A DNA stretch of 64,000 bases, taken from a virus. This document shows positions 20,069-30,200 of the stretch, piece after piece; position 1 is the stretch's first letter, and each line of letters begins with the position of its first letter. The notes beneath the pieces were generated by a model. It saw nothing but the letters and a program-made list of their open reading frames with translations, did no database searches and was not told the DNA's origin. The position numbers and the translations under genes were made by a program. The stretch is from the IMG/VR virus record IMGVR_UViG_3300007513_000010; one strand, given 5' to 3'.

Positions 20069-20827
20069 ATGGCATTAAACTTAGACGCAATGCGCGCAAA
20101 ATTAGACAAATTAAACGGAAAAGGTGACGGCACTAGAACTCAGTTCTGGCGCCCAGATGATGGTGAAAACAATATTCGAGTAGTCTCGACGCCAGATGGC
20201 GATCCCTTTAAAGAAAGGCATTTCCACTATAATGTAGGTACGTCAGGCTTTTTGTGCCCGAAGAGAAACTTTGGAGACAACTGCCCTGTTTGTGATTTCG
20301 CAAACAAGCTGTGGAACGAAGGCACCGAAGAATCGAAAAAGCAAGCAAAAGATCTTTTTGCGAAGCAAAGGTTTTTTTCCCCTGTTCTGGTTAGAGGCCA
20401 GGAAGACCAAGGCATCCGCGTCTGGGGTTTCGGAAAGATGGCTTATGAAAAGCTGTTGACAATTGTGCTAGATCCGGATTATGGTGATATCACAGACCCA
20501 GAAACAGGAAACGATCTGAAGATTATGTACGGAAAGCTGCCTGGCGCATCATTTCCGCGGACAGATATTCGTCCACGCCCGCGAAAGTCGCCTCTTTGCG
20601 ATGACGCCGTCGGAGGAGATGACCGCTGCGCCGAACTTCTGGAAACAATTCCAGAATTCGAAACTTTATTCGAAAGAAAATCTTCAGAAGAAGTGGCAGC
20701 AATTTTGGACCAGTTCTTGTCAGCTGACGGCGGAAATGACGAGATCCAAAAATTTGGTGAACAAAATGTCGCGACCAAGCCAGTGAGCAATGTTGAGGCT
20801 GCTTTTAACGACCTCCTAAATCAATAA
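20069..20827 (+). CDS. Single-stranded DNA-binding protein (T4 gp32-like)
   Basis: FWRP, Zn ligands (FHY..CP..CPVC), YGDITDPETGNDL and an acidic C-terminus. Confidence 0.9.
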   Translation: MALNLDAMRAKLDKLNGKGDGTRTQFWRPDDGENNIRVVSTPDGDPFKERHFHYNVGTSGFLCPKRNFGDNCPVCDFANKLWNEGTEESKKQAKDLFAKQRFFSPVLVRGQEDQGIRVWGFGKMAYEKLLTIVLDPDYGDITDPETGNDLKIMYGKLPGASFPRTDIRPRPRKSPLCDDAVGGDDRCAELLETIPEFETLFERKSSEEVAAILDQFLSADGGNDEIQKFGEQNVATKPVSNVEAAFNDLLNQ

Positions 20828-20960
20828 ATATTAGCGCAGGAGGGCCCGGCTTATAGGGGCCCATTGTATAATAATGAGGGTGTTGCAAAGTCAACCATAG
20901 ACCACTGATTTCTAATGATGAATGATTGGGGCCCAAGATAACAAGAAAAGGAGAAACATT

Positions 20961-22334
20961 ATGAATACAAAAACAATCATGCTCAAATTGAGCAAAAATT
21001 CATCAGTGGCTAGAGTGCCACTAAACAGCAAAGGGGTTATGCAGTATATTTTTTGCATCAATGCCCTTGACCCGGGAGACATCGCGATGATTCCCAAAAG
21101 TAAGTCTCAGCCAAGAGATTTGGATACGAACTCTCCAAAGATCGCGGCGATTAGAAAGTCAATGCGCGAAAAGCAAGGTCTTTCTGTAAAGAATGGAGGA
21201 CTGGAGATAACAATAGACCCAGATTCATTTCAGTATAGTGAAGAAGACGGTTGGGTCAAATTCACATGCTCTACTAAGTTTTGCGGATCATGGGACGGCC
21301 AACATACCACCGCAGCAATTTTGCAAGAAATTGCAGATATTTTACAGGGTAGATCCGAGGTCGGATTTGAGTTTCAAACTTGTAGAATAGTGCTGACGGA
21401 GGATTCTTATTTTGACTCCTTAGAAGAGAGGAGAGAGGTTGCTTGTGCAATCAATCATCGCACTCCTCAGGAGCCTCGCTCAGAGCATAATGTCAGAGGC
21501 GACTTTGATACACTAAAGAACAACTTGACAAAGTCATTTGGAAATATTGGTTTCAAGCAGAATCAAAAATATCCTCAGACCCTTGAGATTATACCAAAAG
21601 ATTCCAGTGTAACAGAAGTTACAGCACTTTTGGCTCAGTATATGGGTCTTAGTGCTTATGATGGGCAGGACATCGAATATGCCAATAAAGCAAGAAGAAA
21701 AGGAGCTAGAATCGTAAAGGACTTCTGGCCCAAAACAGCAAGTTACTCTGAGTTTTCAAGCCAGGTAGTTACTATGGCGGATACAACATTGGAAATCTGT
21801 GATTATATTCAGGACTCTTGGAGTACCATCAATGGTTATGAGAACTACCGAGTTTTGAGAAAGCACTCGAAAACTAAATTTAACAAACCCGTGAACCTTA
21901 AGGAATCTGAAAGATACATTTATCACAGATTTACCAAACCTTCAGTGGCTGTTGCAAACCCTAGTATTACAACTTCTTTGGAAGTGAAAAGTGCAATTTT
22001 GGAAGATTTCCTGCCAGTTGTTTTAAGAGCAGTCCTAAATTGCGTGGTAAAGGTTGATAACAAATATAAAGGAAATGGAGGTCCTCTGTTTTCTTTGAAT
22101 ATTCCACTTTCTGAGATTAAGGATTTTTGGGATTTTGCAAAAGAAGAAGTTTTAAAAGAATTTGAAGAAATTTTTTGCAAGAACTTTCAAACTGCAAATT
22201 ATAGAACTTTTATTATTGTGGAGAATCATTTGATTTGGAACAAGGTGAGTCAAAAGGTCAATGGCCTCTATACAGACTATCAGCTTTCATCTGTAAAAAC
22301 GGCAATGAAAGCAATAGAGGTGGCAAATGGCTAA
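20961..22334 (+). CDS. AIPR-like (ParB/Srx superfamily) protein
   Basis: QPR, KNGGLEI and WDGQHT motifs. AAGGAG SD before ATG 20961. Confidence 0.6.
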   Translation: MNTKTIMLKLSKNSSVARVPLNSKGVMQYIFCINALDPGDIAMIPKSKSQPRDLDTNSPKIAAIRKSMREKQGLSVKNGGLEITIDPDSFQYSEEDGWVKFTCSTKFCGSWDGQHTTAAILQEIADILQGRSEVGFEFQTCRIVLTEDSYFDSLEERREVACAINHRTPQEPRSEHNVRGDFDTLKNNLTKSFGNIGFKQNQKYPQTLEIIPKDSSVTEVTALLAQYMGLSAYDGQDIEYANKARRKGARIVKDFWPKTASYSEFSSQVVTMADTTLEICDYIQDSWSTINGYENYRVLRKHSKTKFNKPVNLKESERYIYHRFTKPSVAVANPSITTSLEVKSAILEDFLPVVLRAVLNCVVKVDNKYKGNGGPLFSLNIPLSEIKDFWDFAKEEVLKEFEEIFCKNFQTANYRTFIIVENHLIWNKVSQKVNGLYTDYQLSSVKTAMKAIEVANG

Positions 22335-23448
22335 GGCTTCCAAACTCAAAAAGGGTGCTTTAGATATTGCTTCTATCAGAGGCATTATCAACAAGAAGGC
22401 TGGTAGAGAGGTTGCTCACTCACTTCAGGATAATAATCCAACTGAAGTGAGTGAATGGATCTCTACCGGATCAAGGTGGTTGGATTCAATTATCTGCAAG
22501 GGGAAGCTTGCTGGCATACCAGTCGGTAAGATTTCGGAGATTGCCGGCTTGGAAGCAACCGGCAAATCATTCATGGCTGCACAAGTGGCTGGTAATGCTC
22601 AGAAGATGGGCATTGACGTGGTTTACTTCGATTCCGAGTCAGCCCTTGACCCAAGTTTTCTAGAAAGAGCAGGTTGCGACCTAGAGCGCCTTATGTATGT
22701 TCAGGCTGAATCAGTTGAATTTGTCCTGGAGACTATTGAAGAGTTGCTAGGGACAGGGAACAAGTGGCTGTTTATATGGGATTCCCTGGCTCTAACACCT
22801 TCTATGTCAGATGTTGAGGGGGATTTCAACCCTCAGTCATCGATGGCTGTAAAGCCAAGGATTTTATCTAAGGGTATGTCAAAATTGACAGTACCAATCG
22901 CTAACAGTAAAGCAACGTTTCTTGTACTCAATCAGTTAAAAACAAATATTACACGGTCACCATCTGAGGCTATGACAACTCCTTATGTAACCCCAGGGGG
23001 CAAAGCGATGCATTATGCTTATTCTTTGCGAATTTGGCTTACTGGGCGAAAAGCTAAAGCCTCTTTTGTGCAAGATGATAATGGTTTCAGGATAGGTTCA
23101 GAAGTCAAAGCAAAGCTTGAAAAATCTCGTTTCGGTACAGCCGGCCGACATTGCAATTTTAAGATCCTATGGGGGGACGAGAGTATCGGAGTCCAAGATG
23201 AGGAGAGTTGGTTTGATGCGATTCAGGTCTCTGATAGGCTTCTCCAATCAGGGGCTTGGTTTACTTTGGTTCAGAATGATGGTACTGAAGTAAAGTTCCA
23301 GCGCAAGAACTGGGTAAGCAAGTTGGCCGATGAAAAATTCAAACAAAGTGTCTTGACAATTATGGACGAAGATGTTATTATGAAGTTCAAGAATAGAGAA
23401 GGCAAAGCTGACGATTTCTATGACACGGAAGATCCTCCGGTCGAGTAA
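22327..23448 (+). CDS. recA: RecA/UvsX recombinase
   Basis: ISTGS..LD, Walker A GLEATGKS, YFDSESALD, WDSL and TPGGKA. Confidence 0.95.
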   Translation: MAKASKLKKGALDIASIRGIINKKAGREVAHSLQDNNPTEVSEWISTGSRWLDSIICKGKLAGIPVGKISEIAGLEATGKSFMAAQVAGNAQKMGIDVVYFDSESALDPSFLERAGCDLERLMYVQAESVEFVLETIEELLGTGNKWLFIWDSLALTPSMSDVEGDFNPQSSMAVKPRILSKGMSKLTVPIANSKATFLVLNQLKTNITRSPSEAMTTPYVTPGGKAMHYAYSLRIWLTGRKAKASFVQDDNGFRIGSEVKAKLEKSRFGTAGRHCNFKILWGDESIGVQDEESWFDAIQVSDRLLQSGAWFTLVQNDGTEVKFQRKNWVSKLADEKFKQSVLTIMDEDVIMKFKNREGKADDFYDTEDPPVE

Positions 23449-23464
23449 CGATTAGCTCAACAAC

Positions 23465-23492
23465 GCCCAGCTCTTTGCTGGGCTTTTTTTTT
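23465..23492 (+). terminator. Rho-independent terminator after recA
   Basis: GCCCAG-CTCTTTG-CTGGGC followed by T9. Confidence 0.85.
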
Positions 23493-23502
23493 GGAGAATG
23501 CA

Positions 23503-24462
23503 ATGAAGAGAGTAATGATTGTAGACGCGTTTAACCAATTTATTCGTGGCTATATTGTGGACCCTAGTAAAAACCCCAATGGTAATCCAATTGGTGGAAT
23601 GAGGACTTTTGTAAATATTTTAAATAAAATCACAAGAGAAATTAAGCCAGACATGATTGTTGTTGTTTGGGATGGTCAAGGTGGTTCTCAAGCCCGCCGC
23701 GCCATGAACAAAGATTACAAAGCGGGTCGTAAGCCCCTGAGGGTTAACTGGTCTACGGAAGAAATGACCCCACAAGATACAGACAATAATAAGCTCTGGC
23801 AACAGATAAGAGTAGTGGAATACTTAAATCAAACACCCATAGTTCAATTTATGGAACCTGCAGTAGAGGCAGACGACGTAATCTCTTATGTTAAAGCTTC
23901 AAGCATGTTTCTGGAATGGCAAAAAGTAATTGTTTCAGCAGATAAAGATTTTATACAACTTTTGGACGACAAGACTGTTCTGTTCCGACCTATACAGAAA
24001 GAGGTTTTAAATAAAAACTCTGTCATAGAGAAATATAAAATTCATCCTAACAATTTTGCACTCGCTCGAGCCCTATCTGGGGACCCTAGCGACAACCTGC
24101 CGGGCTGCCCTCGTGTTGGATTGGGAACAGTGGCCAAAAGGTTTCCGTTTATGATAGAGGAGGAAGAGGCGTATATATCAGACATACTAGAAGAGTGCAG
24201 AAAGGATGAGAGCGGGCTAAAAGTTTATTCTAATGTCTTGGAGTCTGAGCAACTCATTAAAGATAACTATGCGATTATGCAACTTTCTTCACCCTCTTTG
24301 TCAACACAGTGTCGTACCCGAATAGATGAAACTTTTGAAGAATACTCTCCCCATTACAACCAAACCGAACTAAGAAAGTTGATGATCAAAGATGGTGTTT
24401 TAACAGTAAACATCGAGTCTTTAGAGCAGAAGTTTAACGATATTATTACTTCCTTTTCTTAA
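23503..24462 (+). CDS. 5'-3' exonuclease / flap endonuclease (PolI N-terminal, T4 RNase H-like)
   Basis: IVDA, VVWDG, YKAGR, EADD, SADKDFIQL and GDPSDNLPG motifs. Confidence 0.92.
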   Translation: MKRVMIVDAFNQFIRGYIVDPSKNPNGNPIGGMRTFVNILNKITREIKPDMIVVVWDGQGGSQARRAMNKDYKAGRKPLRVNWSTEEMTPQDTDNNKLWQQIRVVEYLNQTPIVQFMEPAVEADDVISYVKASSMFLEWQKVIVSADKDFIQLLDDKTVLFRPIQKEVLNKNSVIEKYKIHPNNFALARALSGDPSDNLPGCPRVGLGTVAKRFPFMIEEEEAYISDILEECRKDESGLKVYSNVLESEQLIKDNYAIMQLSSPSLSTQCRTRIDETFEEYSPHYNQTELRKLMIKDGVLTVNIESLEQKFNDIITSFS

Positions 24463-24480
24463 GAAAATGCGGTATAATTA

Positions 24481-24513
24481 ATAAAACAACGATAAAACAA
24501 CGATAAAACAAGG
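24481..24513 (+). repeat. Tandem 11-nt repeat x3 upstream of the helicase
   Basis: ATAAAACAACG-ATAAAACAACG-ATAAAACAAGG. Confidence 0.85.
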
Positions 24514-24521
24514 AAACTGCG

Positions 24522-25919
24522 ATGGAAGCAGAAACTAACTTTTCAAGATTTGGAAAGTCTTTCCAAGAAGACTTGTGCCACCTTATTCTTAATGATCGCC
24601 CCTTCGCAGATCAGATGTTCGAAGTTTTAGATCTTAATTTTCTAGAATTAAAGCATCTTAGGGTATTTATAGGCAAAATAAAGCAATATAGAGCGAAATA
24701 CGAAGTACACCCTACTTCAAAAATCATGGCAACAATAATTAGATCAGGTCTTGAAGATCAGCCAGATTCTGTAAAGATTAGAATTAGAGAGTATTATGCA
24801 AAAGTACTATCCTCGGGAATTCTGCCAGATTCGGCAGATTACACCAAGGATATCGCTTTAGATTTTTGCAGGAAACAAAAACTAAAAGAGGCTCTCATGA
24901 GGTCGGTCGATTTAATAAAATCGTCTTCCTTTGATGAGGTGTCAAAAGTGATAGACAACGCCTTAAAGCTTGGATCGGACAATGACCTGGGATATGATTA
25001 TTTAACAGACTTCGAAGCCCGATTTGCGTTGAAGTCTAGAGACCCAATAACAACGGGTTGGCAGCATATAGATGAGGTAGCGAAGGGCGGCCTTGGCAAG
25101 GGCGAGCTAGGGGTGGTTGTGGCACCTACTGGTGCAGGCAAATCGATGGTCCTGGTCCATCTAGGCGCCCATGCTTTAAAAGCCGGGAAGAACGTTCTAC
25201 ACTACACTCTTGAGCTGGCAGACACCGTTGTGGCCAGCAGATATGATTCAGCTATAACTGGGGTTAATCTCAATAATCTGACGGTCTTTAAAGAGAAGAT
25301 ATATGAAGAAATAAAAGATATAGAAGGACAGTTAATAGTCAAAGAATATCCAACGAGATCAGCGTCAATTCAGACTATTAAGAATCATTTAGATAAGTTA
25401 CGTCGAAGAGGCTTTAATCCAGATTTGATAATTGTGGATTATGGCGATTTGATAAAACCAGAATTTTCAAAAAAAGACGAAAAAAGGCACCAACTCGAGA
25501 CTATTTACGAAGAGTTGAGGGGCCTAGCACAGCAGCACGAGTGTCCAATTTGGACCGCTTCACAAACAAACCGCTCAGGATTAAATGCAGAGGTGATCAC
25601 CATGGAGTCCATTTCGGAAGCTTTCAACAAATGTTTTGTTGCGGATTTTATCTTTACTGTTTCAAGGACCATAGAAGACAAAAATACAAATACGGGAAGA
25701 TTCTTTATAGCCAAAAATCGTAACGGCCCCGATGGGCTAATCTATCCTATTTTTATGGACACTGCAAATGTGAGCATAAAGGTCCTAAACCAAACGAACG
25801 AGAGTATTAATGAGATTATAGATAAGTCTTCAAAGGAGAGACTAGAGAATTTAAAGCAAAAATACGCAGAATTTAAAAGCAAAAACAAGGAGGGTGAGTT
25901 TAGTGGAGTTATCAAATAA
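24522..25919 (+). CDS. dnaB: Replicative DNA helicase (DnaB/T4 gp41-like)
   Basis: Walker A APTGAGKS, YTLEL, IIVDY, WTASQTNR and KNRNGP. Confidence 0.95.
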   Translation: MEAETNFSRFGKSFQEDLCHLILNDRPFADQMFEVLDLNFLELKHLRVFIGKIKQYRAKYEVHPTSKIMATIIRSGLEDQPDSVKIRIREYYAKVLSSGILPDSADYTKDIALDFCRKQKLKEALMRSVDLIKSSSFDEVSKVIDNALKLGSDNDLGYDYLTDFEARFALKSRDPITTGWQHIDEVAKGGLGKGELGVVVAPTGAGKSMVLVHLGAHALKAGKNVLHYTLELADTVVASRYDSAITGVNLNNLTVFKEKIYEEIKDIEGQLIVKEYPTRSASIQTIKNHLDKLRRRGFNPDLIIVDYGDLIKPEFSKKDEKRHQLETIYEELRGLAQQHECPIWTASQTNRSGLNAEVITMESISEAFNKCFVADFIFTVSRTIEDKNTNTGRFFIAKNRNGPDGLIYPIFMDTANVSIKVLNQTNESINEIIDKSSKERLENLKQKYAEFKSKNKEGEFSGVIK

Positions 25920-27765
25920 AATTTTGTCAGATATTACGGTGCACATGAAATACGCAAGGTACATCCCTGAAAAGAAGAGAAGAGAAACGTGGGAAGAATT
26001 AGTAATTCGAAACATGAATATGCACTTAAGAAAGTTTCCAGAATTAGAACTACAGATTCACAAGGCATACAAGCTTGTGCACGAAAAGAAGGTGCTCCCC
26101 TCTATGAGGTCTATGCAGTTTGGTGGCAAGCCCATCGAAGTTGCTCCAAATCGAATTTTTAATTGTGCCTTTATGCCAATTAATGATTGGAGATCTTTTA
26201 GTGAGGCCATGTTTTTGTTGTTGGGCGGTACTGGCGTGGGATACAGTGTTCAACGCCATCACGTGGAGTGTCTCCCGGAGATAAGAAAACCAAACCCTAA
26301 ACGTTCTCGTCGATTTTTGATCAATGATTCCATTGAGGGGTGGGCCGACGCTGTGAAAGCCCTCGTGAGGTCTTATTTTTTTGGAGGTTCTCGTATACGC
26401 TTCGACTACTCAGATATCCGACCAAAGGGTGCGAATTTAGTTACTTCTGGCGGTAAAGCCCCCGGGCCACAGCCGCTGCGAGAGTGCTTGGTAAAACTCG
26501 AGGGTATGTTTTCTGAAAAAGAAGAAGGCGACAAGCTTGAGCCAATCGAGGTCCATGACATGGTTTGTCACATTGCGGACGCGGTCTTGGCAGGAGGCAT
26601 CCGCCGCGCCGCCTTAATTTCATTGTTTTCTGCAGATGATCGAGAGATGATTGCTGCAAAGGCCGGGTCCTGGTGGGAACAGAATCCTCAGAGAGGGCGC
26701 GCCAATAATTCTGTGGTGTTGTTGAGACACAAAATTGATAAAGATTATTTTATGAATTTGTGGCATCGCGTACGCGCATCAGGCGCCGGCGAACCCGGGT
26801 TTTATTTTTCCAACGATAAGGATTGGGGCACCAACCCTTGTTGCGAAATCGGTCTCCGACCGAACCAATTTTGCAATCTGACAGAGGTCAACGTTTCCAA
26901 TGTTGAAGATCAGGAAGACCTAGAGGACCGAGTTAGAGCCGCCGCATTTATAGGAACCCTGCAAGCAAGTTATACGGATTTCCATTATCTTAGAGATGTT
27001 TGGAGGAAAAACACGGAAAAGGACGCACTGATAGGCGTGTCCATGACCGGTATCGCATCCGGCAAGATATTAGATCTTGATATGAAAGCTGCAGCCCTGG
27101 AGGTCAAGAAAGAAAACCGCCGCGTAGCTATGCAGATTGGAATCAAGTTCGCCGCGCGCACTACCTGCGTCAAGCCCGCAGGCACCACCAGTTTAGTTTT
27201 GGGCACTTCTTCTGGAATCCATGCTTGGCATGCAGAGTTTTACTTAAGAAGATTAAGGGTTGGAAAGTCGGAATCTATTTATACATTTTTGCAAGAAAAT
27301 CACCCGGAACTTTTGGAGGATGAATATTTCAGCCCTCACACAACTGCTGTAATTTCTGTTCCACAATCAGCACCAGGAAGTGCAATTTTAAGATCAGAGT
27401 CAGCGTTGCAACTCTTAAAGAGGGTGAAATCAGTGACAGATGGGTGGGTTAAGCCAGGCTTTCAAAAGGGCCAAAACACACACAATGTTTCTGCAACAAT
27501 ATCAATCAAAGATGCGGAATGGGCAGATGTTGGAGAGTGGATGTGGGAAAACAGGAATAGTTACAACGGGTTATCGGTTTTGCCATATGACGGAGGGACA
27601 TATGTCCAGGCACCTTTCGAAGAATGCTCAAAAGAAACATATGAAGCTATGTTATCTTCTTTAAGAGATTTGGATCTTTCTAAAATAGTTGAAATTGAAG
27701 ATGAGACCAACCTCACTAGTGAGTTGGCCTGCGCAGGCGGCGCATGCGAAATTAATTTTATATAA
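25894..27765 (+). CDS. nrdJ: Class II (B12-dependent) ribonucleotide reductase
   Basis: FNCA, GTGVG, TNPCCEI, FCNLTE, VKPAGT and a C-terminal CAGGAC. No small subunit is adjacent. Confidence 0.92.
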   Translation: MSLVELSNKILSDITVHMKYARYIPEKKRRETWEELVIRNMNMHLRKFPELELQIHKAYKLVHEKKVLPSMRSMQFGGKPIEVAPNRIFNCAFMPINDWRSFSEAMFLLLGGTGVGYSVQRHHVECLPEIRKPNPKRSRRFLINDSIEGWADAVKALVRSYFFGGSRIRFDYSDIRPKGANLVTSGGKAPGPQPLRECLVKLEGMFSEKEEGDKLEPIEVHDMVCHIADAVLAGGIRRAALISLFSADDREMIAAKAGSWWEQNPQRGRANNSVVLLRHKIDKDYFMNLWHRVRASGAGEPGFYFSNDKDWGTNPCCEIGLRPNQFCNLTEVNVSNVEDQEDLEDRVRAAAFIGTLQASYTDFHYLRDVWRKNTEKDALIGVSMTGIASGKILDLDMKAAALEVKKENRRVAMQIGIKFAARTTCVKPAGTTSLVLGTSSGIHAWHAEFYLRRLRVGKSESIYTFLQENHPELLEDEYFSPHTTAVISVPQSAPGSAILRSESALQLLKRVKSVTDGWVKPGFQKGQNTHNVSATISIKDAEWADVGEWMWENRNSYNGLSVLPYDGGTYVQAPFEECSKETYEAMLSSLRDLDLSKIVEIEDETNLTSELACAGGACEINFI

Positions 27766-27840
27766 GTGTTGATTTAAATGTAAAAAATTGGTATAATTTA
27801 TATTAACATATATAGGTACAGCAAAATAAAAGGAGCTACA

Positions 27841-28170
27841 ATGTCTAGAATTCTTGAGAGAATGAGGCCGGTTAACCGCCACCTTTTAATTATTCCGCAC
27901 ACAAAAAAGAAAGAACAAACACGTGGGGGGGTTCTGCTTCCGGATGGGTTTGATGACACTCCCGGGCGTTACTCTGTGGTAACTGTTGTGGATGCCGCCT
28001 CAGATTGTTCAAAAGATTTTAAAAGATTTTCGCTAGAAAGGTACACTGAGACTATAGATAGAAAGGCCGTGGTGGAAACTTCAATGATAGAGGAGATTGA
28101 AGTTAATGATAAAAAGCATCACTTAATACTAGAAAATTATGTAGTGGGGATCATAGAGTCGCCATCATGA
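27841..28170 (+). CDS. groS: Co-chaperonin GroES-like protein
   Basis: MRPVNRHLLI...TRGGVLLP and LILENYVVGII. Confidence 0.75.
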   Translation: MSRILERMRPVNRHLLIIPHTKKKEQTRGGVLLPDGFDDTPGRYSVVTVVDAASDCSKDFKRFSLERYTETIDRKAVVETSMIEEIEVNDKKHHLILENYVVGIIESPS

Positions 28171-30200
28171 TGTGGAAGTCTACGTTTGTTATTTTACTTG
28201 TTTGCTTGTTTTCTTGTCAAGAAAATGTGAGATCTGAATACTCCTCAGATTCAGCTTTAGACTCTGCAGTTCGCATTGCTGTTCCTGACGCCCGCCCTGA
28301 TCGCCCACCTGTTCCTGATATTAGAATTATTTATCCTCGGTATGATTTAGGTCCGGATGCCATTGTCGACGCAGCCCCTCCGCCCCCTGTGTGTGAAAGA
28401 CTGGGTCTCAGAGAGCCGTGTGAAATAGAGGGTCTGCATGGGCCTTGTGCTACCGGAACAAAGGTCTGCAATATAACTCACTGGTCGGCCTGTACCCCGA
28501 TAAGTTTTCCAAGAATAGAGATTTGTGACGGCTTGGACAATGACTGCGACGGCCGCCTGAACGAGGCACCCAACAGTTTGCATGAAGAACAAGAAGACCC
28601 TCAAAATCTTTTGTTATCTCGCGCTTGCTACACTGGTTCCCCCGGTACACAAAAAAACGGCCCATGCCACCCGGGTGTATCCGTTTGCAGAGAGCGCACG
28701 CGTAATACTGATGCTGGTGTGGAAAACTATTATGATTATGGAGAGTGTGAACAACAGACTGTGCCCTCAGAAGAGGAATGCGATACCATTGACAATGACT
28801 GCGATGGCAACACGGACGAGGGCGTGTTAAATATCTGTAATCAGTGCGGACCGGACCCTATTGAAGTGTGTGACGGCTTAGATAACGATTGTGACGACGA
28901 CACTGACGAGGGGGTTCTGAATGATTGCGGCGAGTGCGGCGAATTACCCCGAGAGTTGTGCGACTTTGTTGATAATGACTGCGATGGAAGTATAGACGAA
29001 GACTTTGCAGACGAAGTCTGTGCATGCGACCACCCCGATTATGTACCTCAGCCAGAAACTTGCAACGGTGCTGATGATGATTGCGACGGTTTTGTTGATG
29101 AAGGTCCCGCTGGCGGACCTTTGTCAATGCTTTGTTCGACGGATTTGATTACGAACGAGGTCATAACGTACGAAAGAAGAGAAGATGGTCCCGAATATGT
29201 TGCAGGAGATTGTCGCTTAGGGGCGGCTTTCTGTGAATCAGTTCGCAACGCACAAGGAGAATTAGAACATGGATACTTTGATTGTCAGCAGGAGATCCGC
29301 CCAGGAATCGAAAGGTGCAATGATGCAGACGATGATTGCGATGGCTTGGCAGATGAGGACTTTGAACAAGGATCGGTTGCTGTTATGATGGTGGTCGACG
29401 TTTCAGGTTCCATGGATGAGGGAGAATTAACCGCTGCGTTTACAGCGACAAGAGATTCAGTTCGCCGATTGTTTAATGATGGCATAGTAGATGTTTGTTA
29501 TATGTTGGCTATAGTGGGGAATGATGATATGCCAGACCCTTATTTATTTTACCCTGCAGACACGTGTGTTCCTGGGGTTGAAGATCCACCGGTTGTCCCA
29601 ATTGAAGACATGGCAAACGCGGTCAATACTTTGCGCCTCAACTTGCGAGCTGGCAATATTAATCAAGGTGGTGGCACAGAAAATACTTTAGATGCTATGG
29701 GGCGCTTTTTTACAGATGACAGGATAGACTGGGACCGGGATGGAGCTAACGATAACATTCTTTGGAGTACAAGCCGCCCCGCTGCACGTATTCAAGGAGT
29801 TGAAGATGCTTGGGATGTAGATCTTAGTCAATATACCCACAGGATTGTAATTGTGATAGGTGACGAGCCGGCCCAAGGTGCAGAATGGAACAACCATGCA
29901 GTTGCTACGGCCATGGCGCACGCAAACGGCATGGCTTTCATTATTGGGAACAGGCAAAACGCTCACAGTTATCAGCCATTAATAGATTTTGGAGCAGTTC
30001 ACAGCCCTGGCTTGCAGGGATTCGGAAATCAAAATCAACAACAGATTATTGACACTGTGGTAGAGGCCATTGAAGAGGCAGCATGTATCAATAACAGGGA
30101 AGAAGAGGAAGAAGAAGGGGCAGCTCTTACGAAAAGCACCAGATACTATTACGCTTCTGCATTAACGAGAATGAATTACAGGCTAAGGATGTGTTTGTAG
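28167..30200 (+). CDS. Lipoprotein with Cys/Asp (MopE-related) repeats and a C-terminal vWA domain
   Basis: Signal peptide ending in LFSC, six E-x-C-[DN]-xx-D-[ND]-DCD repeats, and a MIDAS motif DVSGS...T...GDE. Confidence 0.85.
   Translation: MMWKSTFVILLVCLFSCQENVRSEYSSDSALDSAVRIAVPDARPDRPPVPDIRIIYPRYDLGPDAIVDAAPPPPVCERLGLREPCEIEGLHGPCATGTKVCNITHWSACTPISFPRIEICDGLDNDCDGRLNEAPNSLHEEQEDPQNLLLSRACYTGSPGTQKNGPCHPGVSVCRERTRNTDAGVENYYDYGECEQQTVPSEEECDTIDNDCDGNTDEGVLNICNQCGPDPIEVCDGLDNDCDDDTDEGVLNDCGECGELPRELCDFVDNDCDGSIDEDFADEVCACDHPDYVPQPETCNGADDDCDGFVDEGPAGGPLSMLCSTDLITNEVITYERREDGPEYVAGDCRLGAAFCESVRNAQGELEHGYFDCQQEIRPGIERCNDADDDCDGLADEDFEQGSVAVMMVVDVSGSMDEGELTAAFTATRDSVRRLFNDGIVDVCYMLAIVGNDDMPDPYLFYPADTCVPGVEDPPVVPIEDMANAVNTLRLNLRAGNINQGGGTENTLDAMGRFFTDDRIDWDRDGANDNILWSTSRPAARIQGVEDAWDVDLSQYTHRIVIVIGDEPAQGAEWNNHAVATAMAHANGMAFIIGNRQNAHSYQPLIDFGAVHSPGLQGFGNQNQQQIIDTVVEAIEEAACINNREEEEEEGAALTKSTRYYYASALTRMNYRLRMCL

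Noticed and set aside
20842-20862. GGGCCC hairpin after ssb as an intrinsic terminator
   Set aside because: There is no U tract. It may be a processing or stability hairpin, so it is not called.
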